Shown here in pieces: positions 63,035 through 64,000 of a stretch of DNA of 64,000 nt; positions within the stretch are counted from its first letter, which is position 1, and the number at the start of each line of letters is the position of its first letter. The position numbers and the translations under genes were made by a program. This DNA comes from Laetmonice hystrix (lineage: Eukaryota). Where the stretch lies: positions 23,996,001 to 24,060,000 of the forward strand of contig OZ249436.1 in NCBI GenBank assembly GCA_965235115.1. The letters are read 5' to 3'. The notes beneath the pieces are model-generated. The model was not told the DNA's origin. It saw only the letters and a program-made list of their open reading frames with translations, and did not search any database.

Positions 63035-64000
63035 CCAATGGCGCATCGGTCAACCGCACGGCTATTCCTAACGGGGTAACCGTGGAAAAGCTGGCGGACG
63101 TCTGGCCCCTGTCTGCGAAGTGGAATGTGTTTATTATGATCGACGCACCGGAGGCTCCTCCAATGCGCAGGTGGGTGGCCGCGGCAAGGATGGCCATGGC
63201 GAAGCGGGCGTCGATGCTGCGGGCCGTGGACCGGATCGGCTTGGAGGCGCGAGTGGCCGCATTGGACCTGGGCGGGGGCGGCCGGCCCCGCACTGGTCCA
63301 GGGCGGACCAGGCAGCGTCGCGGGCTGGTCAACGTCATCGGTGACCTGGCATCGGCCCTGTTCGGGACAGCCACCCAAGCGGAGGTGGACCAACTCCGGC
63401 TACGGAGGCAGTGCAGCAGGTATTGTACCACAATCAGGAGGTGATGGCGAGTGTCATCAACGCCACAAGGCAGTACCTGCAGCAAAACCAGCAGGACATG
63501 CTTCTCCTACAGAACCAGACGGACCAGCTAGAAGCGACGTTAGTGGGCTTGACGGGCAGAGTTCGAGCACTTGCAGGCCGAGTGAACACTCTGTACCTAA
63601 CACGCGACTTGAATCGGTGGGTCGACCAGCTGGAAGCAATATCGTCCGGCTACACTCGACAGTATGACCACTTCAGGGTGGTGCGGCTGCACCTACAAGG
63701 GGGCCGGCTGTCAGAGTACATCGTACCCCGGGCACACCTGCTTGGGATCGTCCAGGCGTTACAGCGTCACGCGCACGTAATGCACCTGGACTGGTACTAC
63801 GCGTTCACGCCAGTGAAGGTGTTGTGGGACCGGGAAGATCGCCTGGTGGCGGCCGCAGAAATCTGGGCCGGCCAGGCAGAGGAATTTCAACTGTGGCGAT
63901 TGACGGCGTACCCAGTGGCTATGGCGGGAGCATTGATCAAGCTCCAGGTGCGCCCCCTGGTGGCCGTCAATGTGAGGCGAACGGAGGCGTTCGAGGCGCG
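62995..64000 (+). pseudogene. Second F-type env gene (frameshift at about 63400, runs off window)
   Basis: Signal peptide MQLPLYVLVACAIANG; RQRR then GLVNVIGDLASALFGTAT; VINATR; MHLDWYYAFTPVKVLWD homologous to MRLDWYRAYTPVRTLWD of env 1. Confidence 0.85.

Overview
Eukaryotic (invertebrate animal-like) genomic DNA, not prokaryotic. The only host gene is an MCTP (multiple C2 and transmembrane domain protein) on the minus strand. Six in-frame GT-AG coding exons lie between 61104 and 6348, and the gene runs off both window ends. Its introns, including one of about 35.7 kb, are filled with nested transposable elements. The standout is a poly(A)-tailed, TSD-flanked CR1/L2-group LINE (7228-11732, minus). 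Its ORF1 is an L1-type coiled-coil/RRM protein fused to a complete NADAR (YbiA-like N-glycosidase/ADP-ribosylhydrolase) domain, followed by a separate SGNH-esterase ORF and an endonuclease-less RT ORF. Also present: two divergent Ty3/gypsy remnants carrying F-type (errantivirus-like) env genes, a Gmr1-like gypsy LTR/gag, and Harbinger, Academ, ISL2EU-type and Kolobok-related remnants. A Ginger-like element with about 420-bp TIRs carries a Ulp1-like fragment and a hairpin minisatellite, and there are many MITEs. All family assignments come from motif recognition by eye; no database searches were run.
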